A DNA stretch of 30,381 nucleotides from Promethearchaeota archaeon (GCA_048938445.1 JBHLME010000050.1:1-30381), one strand, 5' to 3'; shown: positions 1 to 8,460, counted from the stretch's first letter. The notes: generated by a model from the sequence alone, not told the origin. Made by a program: numbers and translations.

Positions 1-270
1 TACTTGGGTAAAACGAAAGTTGCTAGACTTGACATGCAACGACTAGATAAAGACGTTGAAATTGAAATTTACGATGAGGCTGTGGCAGAAGATAAAGAAT
101 TTTACATCATCCTCTCTTTATTCGGCGCAATGTGCTTCTTCATGAAAGATTGTGAAGATATCATAGAGGGGTTCTACAAAACAATGAAAGAAACCGGAAC
201 GACAGATTATAAAGTCCCACGTCATGAAGAAATTCTCTTTAGAAATCCACGATTCATGACAAGAAGATAA
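1..270 (+). CDS. Hypothetical protein, 3' part (probably truncated by the window edge)
   Basis: Frame is open from base 1 to TAA at 268-270 with protein-like composition; no recognised motif. Confidence 0.6.
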   Translation, partial: YLGKTKVARLDMQRLDKDVEIEIYDEAVAEDKEFYIILSLFGAMCFFMKDCEDIIEGFYKTMKETGTTDYKVPRHEEILFRNPRFMTRR

Positions 271-359
271 CCTTATATAATATTTAATTTACTAATTTTA
301 TTTTATTTTCATTTTTAGAAATAAGAAAAGTAAAAAAAAGAATAAATTTTATTGATTTT

Positions 360-1139
360 TTATCCAACCCTGTTTTTCTTCCAATTTTTATATGAACGTG
401 TTTCTTTACCACGATAAATTGCATTCTTACCTGTTTCTTTATGATAAGCTTTATGAAGTTCTTCTTCATTCATTCCTTTCAACTTATCAACTTTTATTTC
501 TTCTTCAATCTCTATTTCTTCTTCGATTCTTTTCACTCTCTTGAGGACTGCAAATACACCATGGCTCCAAATAAGAAAAATTATGAAGAAAAATAGAATA
601 AAAAGGAACATCATGGCCCCAAACCAAAGTATCCATACTCCCGCACTAAAAGTATACATCCAATTAACCCATATACCCCATGCCCATGAGTAAAATTCTT
701 TGGGTAATATAAAAATAATGATAAAGGTTATTGTGACAAAAGCACCTATAAGAGTAATTGCTATTAGCCATCTTAGAGTATTGTAATCCTCATATTTTTT
801 TGCTATTTTCCTATCAGGAAATAAGACTTTACATAATCTATAGATTCCTCCTCTAAATAATGTGTAAAAGAAAACTAATAAGATTAAATGTCCAGTAACA
901 GCCGCGCTTATAATAGCTGCTTGTAGGGCAAGAGGGAACCCGAGAAAAATCTCTAACTTTTTTGATTCAATGAGCATCCCTAAAATCGTGCCCCAAATTC
1001 CCAATACAACGACTGCAGTGGCAATTATTGTAGCATAATAAAAAGTTCGGGCAACCCTTACATCCCACGTAGAGTATTCATCTAGAGGATCAACTTTTCT
1101 AAGCGGTGCTTTCCTTGGTTTTCTCTCCCTTGGCATCAT
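360..1139 (-). CDS. Hypothetical membrane protein (about 4 TM helices, charged C-terminal tail)
   Basis: 259 aa ORF with four long hydrophobic stretches in two similar pairs and an E/K-rich tail ending ETGKNAIYRGKETRSYKNWKK. Confidence 0.8.
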   Translation of the reverse strand: MMPRERKPRKAPLRKVDPLDEYSTWDVRVARTFYYATIIATAVVVLGIWGTILGMLIESKKLEIFLGFPLALQAAIISAAVTGHLILLVFFYTLFRGGIYRLCKVLFPDRKIAKKYEDYNTLRWLIAITLIGAFVTITFIIIFILPKEFYSWAWGIWVNWMYTFSAGVWILWFGAMMFLFILFFFIIFLIWSHGVFAVLKRVKRIEEEIEIEEEIKVDKLKGMNEEELHKAYHKETGKNAIYRGKETRSYKNWKKNRVG

Positions 1140-1268
1140 TAATCAACTTTTTTTATATACTATTTGTTTCTATATTTATATATTTAATACTTCTATATTT
1201 GAATACCTTATTTATGAATTTATTGGTATGTTAATATTATTTTTATCCTTGGTTATTAAAATATCATT

Positions 1269-1667
1269 TCATTTTATAGTTGTTTTACATGCAGGACATG
1301 TATCTGCTTTAGGAGAAATGTGAGCACCACAAAACGGACAATAATATTCTTTCTCCCCCTTTTTCTCTTTTGTTGTTGCTTTTACTTTTTCTACTTTTTC
1401 AAGAACTTTACCCTTCGCAGTTGATGTATCAAATTGAGGTTTAATTTCTTCTTCTTTTTCTACTTTTTTGAAATCCAAAAGAGTATAACAAGTAGGGCAA
1501 TGCTTTTTCTTTACAATTCGAAAACGATAAGGTAGATATATTATCAATGCAATTCCTAAAGTAGCAAAAATAATGAGTCCCCATAAAACCGCCCCTAAGG
1601 TACCTATTGGTTTTTTAATGGGTTTATCAACTTCCTTTTTACAGACTTTACAATATCCCGTTACCAT
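1269..1667 (-). CDS. LITAF-like zinc ribbon membrane protein with C-terminal zinc ribbon
   Basis: CKVC - hydrophobic segment - KHCPTC, then CPFC-x10-CPAC at the C-terminus. Confidence 0.7.
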   Translation of the reverse strand: MVTGYCKVCKKEVDKPIKKPIGTLGAVLWGLIIFATLGIALIIYLPYRFRIVKKKHCPTCYTLLDFKKVEKEEEIKPQFDTSTAKGKVLEKVEKVKATTKEKKGEKEYYCPFCGAHISPKADTCPACKTTIK

Positions 1668-1798
1668 TCTTCACACCATTTATCCTAAATTTTTATAATA
1701 GAATTATTTTAAATATAGTTTTTATTTACTTATTTAGATTTTATTATATATTGTGTATATAAATATTTTACTTAGTTTACATGTAATTTAATATTTGC

Positions 1799-3121
1799 AT
1801 GATTGCGTTGATTGAAAACTCTTTTTATATTGAAACTTATGGTTGTACTTCTAATAAAGCAGATTCACTTATCATGAGGAATGTTTTAATAAAATCAAAT
1901 TATCATCAAACGGATTTTGAAAAAGCACAATTTATCATAATTAATACATGTGCGGTAAAAGAACAAACAGAAAATAAAATAAAAGATAGGTTAAAAACTT
2001 TAAACAATTTATTCAAAAATGATCCTGATCGATATGTTATAATTGCGGGTTGTTTGCCCCATATTACTCCTGAGTATAAAGGTGAGTTAAAAAAAGTAAT
2101 TCCATCCTTCTCAGCGATTATTGATCTAAATAATCTTGAAGACCTCCCCTATATTATTGAAAAACTTAAACATTCAAAAAAAAATCAAATTTTTCTCTCA
2201 AATAAAACTATCGATAAGGCAAGATATTTTATAAATCATCCCAAGGGAAAGATTACAGGAATTGTACCAATATCCGAAGGATGTTTAGGATCTTGCACGT
2301 ATTGTTGCGTTAAAAATGCACGTGGCTCTCTTAATTGCTATGATCCAGAACAAATTGTCAATAATATTGAATATCAATTAAAGCAGGGAATAAAACAAAT
2401 ATATCTAACTTCACAAGATTGTAGTTTATACAATCATGATGGTGTAGAATTAATTCATTTGATCAAAAAAATAGTGGCTCTACCGCAAGACTTTTTTTTA
2501 AGGATTGGGATGATAAATCCTAGTATTTTGATAGATAAAATAGACCAATTAATATCGATATTTAACCTAGATAAGGTTTATCAGTTTTTACATATCCCTA
2601 TTCAATCTGGAAGTAATGAGGTCCTAAAAAGGATGCAAAGACCTTATTTGATATCAGAGATTATTGATAAAATCGAGATATTACGTGAAAAATTTCCTTA
2701 TTTAACCATATCCACGGACATCATATGCGGTTTTCCGGAGGAAACTGAATATGAATTCTACAGGACAATTAATTTTATCAAATGGTTAAGACCTGAGATT
2801 ATCAATATCTCAAAATTTACACCTCGTCCTGGAACTGAAGCTAAAAAAATGAAACAATTAGACAGCAAACTAATAAAAAAGAGATCAATTAGGTTGTCAA
2901 AAATCTTTAGAAACAGTTTAAGTGATATCAATGATAAGTGGAGGGATTGGAGCGGTAAAGTTTTAATCTTACATGAAGGTAGTGGAAAAAATCAAGCATT
3001 TGGGAGAAATTTTGCATATAAAAATATATTTGTAAATGATTATCACGGAAAATATGGTAAGTTTGTTGATATAAAAATTATTAAAGTTGATGGATTTAAC
3101 CTATTTGGAAAACTTATATAA
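1799..3121 (+). CDS. mtaB: tRNA methylthiotransferase, MiaB-like radical SAM (archaeal MtaB/CDKAL1 type)
   Basis: UPF0004 cysteine motifs ETYGC..N, INTCAVK and AGCLP; radical SAM CxxxCxxC (GCLGSCTYC); HIPIQSGS; DIICGFPEET; TRAM-like C-terminus. Confidence 0.9.
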   Translation: MIALIENSFYIETYGCTSNKADSLIMRNVLIKSNYHQTDFEKAQFIIINTCAVKEQTENKIKDRLKTLNNLFKNDPDRYVIIAGCLPHITPEYKGELKKVIPSFSAIIDLNNLEDLPYIIEKLKHSKKNQIFLSNKTIDKARYFINHPKGKITGIVPISEGCLGSCTYCCVKNARGSLNCYDPEQIVNNIEYQLKQGIKQIYLTSQDCSLYNHDGVELIHLIKKIVALPQDFFLRIGMINPSILIDKIDQLISIFNLDKVYQFLHIPIQSGSNEVLKRMQRPYLISEIIDKIEILREKFPYLTISTDIICGFPEETEYEFYRTINFIKWLRPEIINISKFTPRPGTEAKKMKQLDSKLIKKRSIRLSKIFRNSLSDINDKWRDWSGKVLILHEGSGKNQAFGRNFAYKNIFVNDYHGKYGKFVDIKIIKVDGFNLFGKLI

Positions 3122-3135
3122 AAAAATAGAAAAAG
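3121..3135 (-). terminator. Possible oligo-T terminator of the vhuG-vhuA-hdrC-hdrB-vhuU transcript
   Basis: Minus strand reads CTTTTTCTATTTTTT just after the SECIS-like hairpin, at the junction with convergent mtaB. Confidence 0.35.
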
Positions 3136-3160
3136 TTTGTTAGTTTTAACCCAGCAAGGG

Positions 3161-3203
3161 CAAGTCCCGTCCAATCTCGTTTTTTTATTGGACGTTCATC
3201 CTA
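3161..3203 (-). promoter_or_regulatory. SECIS element, eukaryote-like (AUGA...AAA...GA)
   Basis: Minus strand: TAGG-ATGA-A-CGTCCAAT-AAAAAAACGAG-ATTGGACG-G-GA-CTTG. Perfect 8-bp stem (3194-3187 with 3175-3168), A-rich apical loop, UGAN/NGAN quartet at the base; lies about 80 nt 3' of an in-frame UGA. Confidence 0.85.
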
Positions 3204-3345
3204 AACCAACATTTAATTTTCGAGAATAAATCTCTTCACCACTCTCATTAACGACTGTAATGTGAGCGGCACACGATAGTCAACAGTCAAAACAACGGAC
3301 TATCATTTCCAAGACATTTACTACTCCTTCTGGAACATCACTCAT
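3196..3345 (-). CDS. vhuU: Selenocysteine-containing [NiFeSe]-hydrogenase small active-site subunit (VhuU type), 49 aa
   Basis: Hand translation: MSDVPEGVVNVLEMIVRCFDC-U(TGA 3282-3280)-LSCAAHITVVNESGEEIYSRKLNVGLG*. Matches the hydrogenase C-terminal motif R-x-x-D-(P)-[C/U]-x-x-C-x-x-H; AGGTG Shine-Dalgarno upstream; the nearby large subunit lacks this motif; SECIS-like hairpin follows. Confidence 0.92.
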
Positions 3346-3441
3346 GTTTTAGCACCTATCTTATTTTTTTATTGCTTTATTTCGTATAAAAACTTATTTT
3401 TTATCAAAATTAACTTGCTAGTTTATATTTTAATTGTATTT

Positions 3442-4320
3442 CTATGCTATACTGTATTTTTCCAATAGCTCTTTTGGTCTGGTGCGATGAAATTTAATTC
3501 CGATATCATCAGATTTCTCTCCAAATGCTAATGCAAGCAACTCAGTAATATATAAAACTGGTATCCCGAATGTATCTCCTACTAATTTTTCAGCTTTTTT
3601 TTGATTAGTATCAAATTGTTGAAAACAAGCAGGACAGTTGACGATAAGTGCTTCTGCACCCGCGCCGATTGCACTTTTCATTTTATTTGCTAAAATTTGC
3701 ATTGCTGGTTCTTCTTCCGTGTTTCCAACACCAGAGCCACAACAGAGTACTTCTTCTTCATAATCTACAGGAGTTGCTCCTGTGGCCGCAACGATTTCTC
3801 TTAATTTCTTTGGTTTCATTGGATCATCTGTTTGCACTATTTCTGAAGGACGGTTATAATGACATCCCGTATGACATGCTACTTTTAAACCACTTAAATC
3901 TTTTTTGACCTTTTCCTTTATTTTTTCAGCGCCGATATCATGTAAAACTTCAACGAAATGTTTTACATTAATAGTACCTTTAAATTCTCTCCCGATTTGG
4001 CTAAGGATCTTGTTAATCTTTGCTTTTTCATGTTCATCATGGTTTAATTCTTTATTTACAAGTTTGAGTGTTTGAAAGCATCCATTGCATAAGGAGATGA
4101 TGTCTTTCCCTTCATCTTCAGCTATAGTTAAATTTCTTGCACCCATTGCCAACCAACTTTCATGATCTACTGAATTAAAACCAACAGGATCTGGACAGCA
4201 AGCAAAAGGTGCTTCGGACGTCTTTATTCCTAATTTATCAAATACTTTTCTTGCAGATGCTTCAAGGAAAGGAATTCTGTTTCCAATTGTACATCCTTGG
4301 AACATTTTATACTCAGTCAT
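3442..4320 (-). CDS. hdrB: Heterodisulfide reductase subunit B (divergent paralog)
   Basis: Two CCG domains: FQGC, ACCPDP, CNGCF, HTGCH, CCGSG, CPACFQQFD. Confidence 0.9.
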   Translation of the reverse strand: MTEYKMFQGCTIGNRIPFLEASARKVFDKLGIKTSEAPFACCPDPVGFNSVDHESWLAMGARNLTIAEDEGKDIISLCNGCFQTLKLVNKELNHDEHEKAKINKILSQIGREFKGTINVKHFVEVLHDIGAEKIKEKVKKDLSGLKVACHTGCHYNRPSEIVQTDDPMKPKKLREIVAATGATPVDYEEEVLCCGSGVGNTEEEPAMQILANKMKSAIGAGAEALIVNCPACFQQFDTNQKKAEKLVGDTFGIPVLYITELLALAFGEKSDDIGIKFHRTRPKELLEKYSIA

Positions 4321-4333
4321 CTTAATTCCTCCT

Positions 4334-4828
4334 TTATTTCTTTAAAATTATATTTAATTTTGTTGCATTTAAAAGTTTCTGAACCTCTTCTACATTTGGT
4401 TCTTCAATTTTAGGGAGGCCTAATTGTTCTCTTCTTCTTTCTATTGCAGGTTGCGGTGGAATTGCTTTTCCCGCATCATAAATAGTTGAAGCTTGAGTGG
4501 TGTAATAATCAGGGCCTTCTCCGGCAGCTATGCTCATATTTTTTAATACTGTGAATATTTCCGTTAATTCTATCTTCTGTGGACAGACTTCATCACATGT
4601 GTCGCATACAGTACAACCCCATATTGAAAAATTATCTTTTTGTCCCTTGAATACATTTATACCCAAGAATGATAACATTATATTTGCTCTTGGATTATAT
4701 TTATCAGGAGCTACTTTAGATACTGGACATACATCTGTACATCGAGAACACTGATAACAATACTTTAACGCGTCGTGAATATGAGCATCCATTACTTTTT
4801 TTCTTAATTCATAATCAACAGCAACCAT
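4334..4828 (-). CDS. hdrC: Heterodisulfide reductase subunit C (divergent paralog)
   Basis: CYQCSRCTDVCP and WGCTVCDTCDEVCP, R..LGLP motif; directly upstream of hdrB. Confidence 0.88.
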   Translation of the reverse strand: MVAVDYELRKKVMDAHIHDALKYCYQCSRCTDVCPVSKVAPDKYNPRANIMLSFLGINVFKGQKDNFSIWGCTVCDTCDEVCPQKIELTEIFTVLKNMSIAAGEGPDYYTTQASTIYDAGKAIPPQPAIERRREQLGLPKIEEPNVEEVQKLLNATKLNIILKK

Positions 4829-4878
4829 TTTTTTCTTTCACTTTTAATAAATTTATTGTTTTAATAAAAAATTTTATA

Positions 4879-6183
4879 TTATTTTATCCATGGATCTGGT
4901 AATTTCAGTCCATCCAACGCCTTGTCTTCAAAAACTTGCTTGGCAACGTGCATCAAGGATTTCTCGATGCCAGCAATGTTGTGATTCGTCGCAACCAAGA
5001 GGTTAGCTTTCTCACAAATTCCTTGCGCATCAGACCAAATATTATAGAGCAATATTCCTCGTGGTGCTTCTGTCATGCCAACACCGTTCCCAGCCCTTGG
5101 TTCGACATCCAAAGTCTTGCAATCAGGGTTTACGATGTCAGGATCCTTGAGCAGGGTTGCGATCATTTCGATTGCTTCCACGGTCTCGATGATGCGAGCC
5201 CAATGATAGGCAAACGTGTGATGCGGATTGTCTCCAATCTTAGCACGCATATCCTTGAGGGCTTGATCGGCCAATGGTGTTGCCATCTTATCGGCAGCAT
5301 TGACCATTGCCAAACAGTTCGCACGATAAATTCCATCAGGGTAGCCCGCAGGCTTGTAATACATGTGCGTGGCATAAGAATGCTCAGGAATGTGCTCGCC
5401 TAACGCTTCCAAGTAGTTATGATAATCATAATCGATCTTCTTTCCATCGGGAGTCACGATCCGGATATCACCGTCATAAATATCGTGAACGCCATTCTTG
5501 GTCATACCAAAATAATACGTTGGAACGACGCCGACATTCGCGATGACATCAAAATAATCATCAACCACTTTTAAGGCAATTTCAACCGTCTTTTTCGTGA
5601 ATTCAATTTGTTCGTCAACTTGCTTGAGGAACTTGTCCCTTCCTTCTTCGCTCATGGGTTTTTTCATTCCACCAACAATTGCGGAAATGGGATGCACGGA
5701 CTTTCCACCAATTTCAGCGCATAATTTTTGGCCAAAATCCATCATCTTCAAGGCCATCGCACCCACGTCAGGCATTTGATTGATCACGTGCACGACATTT
5801 CTCAATGCAGGATCCGCCATGGGTCCCAATAAGAAGTCAGGTGCCGCCAAGGCATAAAAGTGCAACACGTGTGAACTATATTGCTTGGCATTCATGATCA
5901 ATTGCCGCAACTTGTAAGCGGCGGGAGGGATTTCCACGCCCCATGCATCTTCCACTGCCTTTGTTGGAGTAATGTGGTGGGGGATCGGACAAATGCCGCA
6001 GATTCTCGGGGTAATCCTTGGAATGTGCTCGCAGTAACGTCCTTCCACGAACTTTTCAAAAAATCTCGTCGAAGTGATGTTAAATTGCACGTCCTGCACC
6101 TTTCCATCGTCTCCGATTTTAATGTGCAACCCACCATGTCCTTCTAATCGAGTGACTGGTTCTACTTCAATTTCTTTTACCAT
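4879..6183 (-). CDS. vhuA: Group 3c-type [NiFe]-hydrogenase large subunit lacking the C-terminal CxxC (VhuA/MvhA)
   Basis: EPVTRLEGHG, RFFEKFVEGR, RICGICPIPH (N-terminal Ni motif), HFYALAAPDF, EAPRGIL; ends KLPDPWIK with no DPCxxC. Start moved to ATG 6183, after AAGGAGG. Confidence 0.92.
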   Translation of the reverse strand: MVKEIEVEPVTRLEGHGGLHIKIGDDGKVQDVQFNITSTRFFEKFVEGRYCEHIPRITPRICGICPIPHHITPTKAVEDAWGVEIPPAAYKLRQLIMNAKQYSSHVLHFYALAAPDFLLGPMADPALRNVVHVINQMPDVGAMALKMMDFGQKLCAEIGGKSVHPISAIVGGMKKPMSEEGRDKFLKQVDEQIEFTKKTVEIALKVVDDYFDVIANVGVVPTYYFGMTKNGVHDIYDGDIRIVTPDGKKIDYDYHNYLEALGEHIPEHSYATHMYYKPAGYPDGIYRANCLAMVNAADKMATPLADQALKDMRAKIGDNPHHTFAYHWARIIETVEAIEMIATLLKDPDIVNPDCKTLDVEPRAGNGVGMTEAPRGILLYNIWSDAQGICEKANLLVATNHNIAGIEKSLMHVAKQVFEDKALDGLKLPDPWIK

Positions 6184-6187
6184 TTCT

Positions 6188-7573
6188 TTATTCGCCTCCT
6201 TTATCATGTCGTTTATATCCTAAAGTACTAGCTGCTACGGTAAATCTATTAAATAATCCTGCAGGATCTTTAATCTGATTTAAGACTTCGTCAGGATCTT
6301 TATCAGCACATAACGAACCTAATGTGCTCATAAACTTGGCACCTTGTTCTTTTACACCGATAGGTGGTCCATAACAACCTAAGCATGGAGCATTAGCTTT
6401 ATTGGGACAGATAGTTCCACAACCGGCATGCGTGACGGGTCCTAAACAAATATATCCTTGTTCTAGGAAACAAGTATCCATGGTTGGTAATCCTTCATAA
6501 TCACGCTTCAAATCACCAGGTACCTTATCCGCAACTTCTCTATCACAATGACTACAAACGGTTTTTGAACTATATTTAAAATTTGGATCATCTTTTAACA
6601 AATATAATGCACTTCCAGCAATATTATCAATGATATTATTTCCTGTTGGAGCTACATCTAATGTTAATTTCCCCTTGACTTCCTTAGTTGCAATACTATC
6701 AGGTTCATACGCAAGTCTTTGAATCAAATCTCCACGGAAATAAAAATTACCGATATTTGCAACTCCTAAATATAGATCTAAAAAGTGTTGCAAGCTTGAA
6801 GCTTGTTCAGGTGTTAAGGTATTAACGCTTTCTACAATGCTCTTTAATTTCTCTACTTTTTTACCAGGTTTTGCAGTTGCTCTAAAACATCCAAAGCAAA
6901 CTTCTCCGTTATTAGGACACATTTCTTCGCAACCTGCTGCGGTGATTGACCCATAGCATAAGGTTCCCTTATCTAAGAAGCAGCCTTCTTTAGCTAAAGC
7001 ACATGTATCACAGACGCATTTATTTTTATTAAGAGACTTTGGACCTTCACCAACTACTGTCAGTAAGTAAGAGACTGCGGCTAGAATATTTTCTGTAGTA
7101 GGAGGACATCCAGGAATGAAAACATCCACGTCAACTATATCTTTAGTAAGTATGAGATGATCCTCAAAACCAGGGACATGTACAGTAGGTTCTCCTCCAC
7201 TTTTATCGGCAATACTTTCTACTTGTGAAAATTTTCTCGTGATCAATTCTTCTTTATCAAATAAGTTAGCTAAACCCTTTACACTTCCATGAACCGCGCA
7301 GGCACCTAATGCAACGATAACTTTGCACTTTTTTCTCATTAACTTCACATTAGCAGTATCTTGTTTAGTCCTCGCAACACCTTCAATGAACCCGACCACA
7401 ATCTCACCATCTTTCCTAGCTTCTAATGAATCATGCTTGAAGTCAACTACAGCTGGCCAGTAAACTATCTCGAGTTCTGGAAGTATCGGAAGCAAATTAA
7501 GATGAGCATTCAATAATGATTGATGACATCCCCAACATGAACTTAATTGCATAAAAGCTACTTTAACAGGCAT
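6188..7573 (-). CDS. vhuG: [NiFe]-hydrogenase small subunit (VhuG/MvhG), extended with a duplicated Fe-S domain
   Basis: SSCWGC, FIEG, ALGACAVHG, IPGCPP, then two Cys-rich blocks (C..C...CFLDKG.LCYG..T.AGC...CP and C..C...CFLEQGYICLGPVT.AGC...CP). Probable start ATG 7573. Confidence 0.9.
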   Translation of the reverse strand: MPVKVAFMQLSSCWGCHQSLLNAHLNLLPILPELEIVYWPAVVDFKHDSLEARKDGEIVVGFIEGVARTKQDTANVKLMRKKCKVIVALGACAVHGSVKGLANLFDKEELITRKFSQVESIADKSGGEPTVHVPGFEDHLILTKDIVDVDVFIPGCPPTTENILAAVSYLLTVVGEGPKSLNKNKCVCDTCALAKEGCFLDKGTLCYGSITAAGCEEMCPNNGEVCFGCFRATAKPGKKVEKLKSIVESVNTLTPEQASSLQHFLDLYLGVANIGNFYFRGDLIQRLAYEPDSIATKEVKGKLTLDVAPTGNNIIDNIAGSALYLLKDDPNFKYSSKTVCSHCDREVADKVPGDLKRDYEGLPTMDTCFLEQGYICLGPVTHAGCGTICPNKANAPCLGCYGPPIGVKEQGAKFMSTLGSLCADKDPDEVLNQIKDPAGLFNRFTVAASTLGYKRHDKGGE

Positions 7574-7695
7574 CTTGTTTTTTCTCACATGTTTTTTTGT
7601 AATTTCATTTATAAATAGTAATATTTCGTGTAATATTGAATTTAATAAAAATGTGTTGATTATAATGTGTCTTTTGTAAGCAAGTTTCCAAGTAA

Positions 7696-7788
7696 AACTT
7701 CAATTCTATAAGGATGGATATAAATATTCATTCTAGCACCCCTTACAAATCCTATTAGAGTAGTTTTATAGGTAAATACCAATCTTAT
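7696..7788 (-). pseudogene. Displaced 3'-end remnant of fdhD
   Basis: Translates to IRLVFTYKTTLIGFVRGARMNIYIHPYRIEV; 26 of the last 30 residues match the FdhD C-terminus (9108-9197); 22 bp identical block 7695-7716 vs 9107-9128; in-frame stop upstream and no credible start. Confidence 0.88.
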
Positions 7789-7941
7789 TTCTAAATCATT
7801 TGCTTAATTAATTAAATTAACTTTTGGTAATTCAGAACCAGTTTGTCTTGAAAATAAATAATTCTATGATTAGAACAATAGTGATACATCATAAGAAATT
7901 TTATAAATGTAATTATTTTTAAAATTTTTATAAGAATTTAT

Positions 7942-8460
7942 CTATAAACTATTTCTTTTCCCTATTATCTCTTCTGGTTTATTTATGAATTCTGAAGGTA
8001 AAGATGCTCTGATAGTTTTTAATTCAAGATTATTTTTCTTATATCTAAATGGTAAAACATAATAAAGCAAGGCGGGAATAAGAAGAAGTATTTCTTCTTT
8101 CCCAAAATCTGACAATTCATAATAAACATGTATAGGTCCTTTTGAATAAACAGTTCTTATAATAATTCTTTTTTTTTCCAATGAGCGTAATCGATCAGTT
8201 AAAGTTCGGTTACTAATTTCTGGAAGCATTCTTTTTAGTTGGTTAAAACTACTTTCCCCATATATTAATAATGTATAGCAAATTTCAACAGTCCATTTTC
8301 CTTGTAGAATTGCAATAATCTCCTTAAACAGTTTAAATTTAAGATTTAATTGTCGTTCATCAAACTCATACATGTTAAACTCCATTTTCAAGCTTTTTAA
8401 AGCATTTTCTTGTATTAGAGGAATGAGTTCAATGAGTTCTTTATAATTATTTAGATGCAT
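7942..8460 (-). CDS. HxlR-family winged-helix transcriptional regulator
   Basis: LQGKWTVEI..L....SFNQLKRMLPEISNRTLTDRLRSLE....I.R......P..V.Y.LS..G, the HxlR pattern. Confidence 0.88.
   Translation of the reverse strand: MHLNNYKELIELIPLIQENALKSLKMEFNMYEFDERQLNLKFKLFKEIIAILQGKWTVEICYTLLIYGESSFNQLKRMLPEISNRTLTDRLRSLEKKRIIIRTVYSKGPIHVYYELSDFGKEEILLLIPALLYYVLPFRYKKNNLELKTIRASLPSEFINKPEEIIGKRNSL

Noticed and set aside
284-469. 61-aa minus-strand ORF
   Set aside because: Overlaps the 259-aa gene in another frame and runs into low-complexity AT-rich sequence.
3060-3198. Read-through of the second vhuU TGA as a second Sec (…G-U-TSNKKTRLDGTCPCW…)
   Set aside because: The extension runs through the hairpin and T-tracts into the antisense of mtaB and has no hydrogenase similarity; a stop is more plausible.
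4879-4900. vhuA as a truncated pseudogene, or DPW as a degenerate DPC motif
   Set aside because: The missing motif is supplied by vhuU; the gene is otherwise intact with a clean TAA stop.
4936-6147. Six alternative-frame or antisense ORFs over vhuA
   Set aside because: Shadow ORFs explained by higher GC and codon bias of the real gene.
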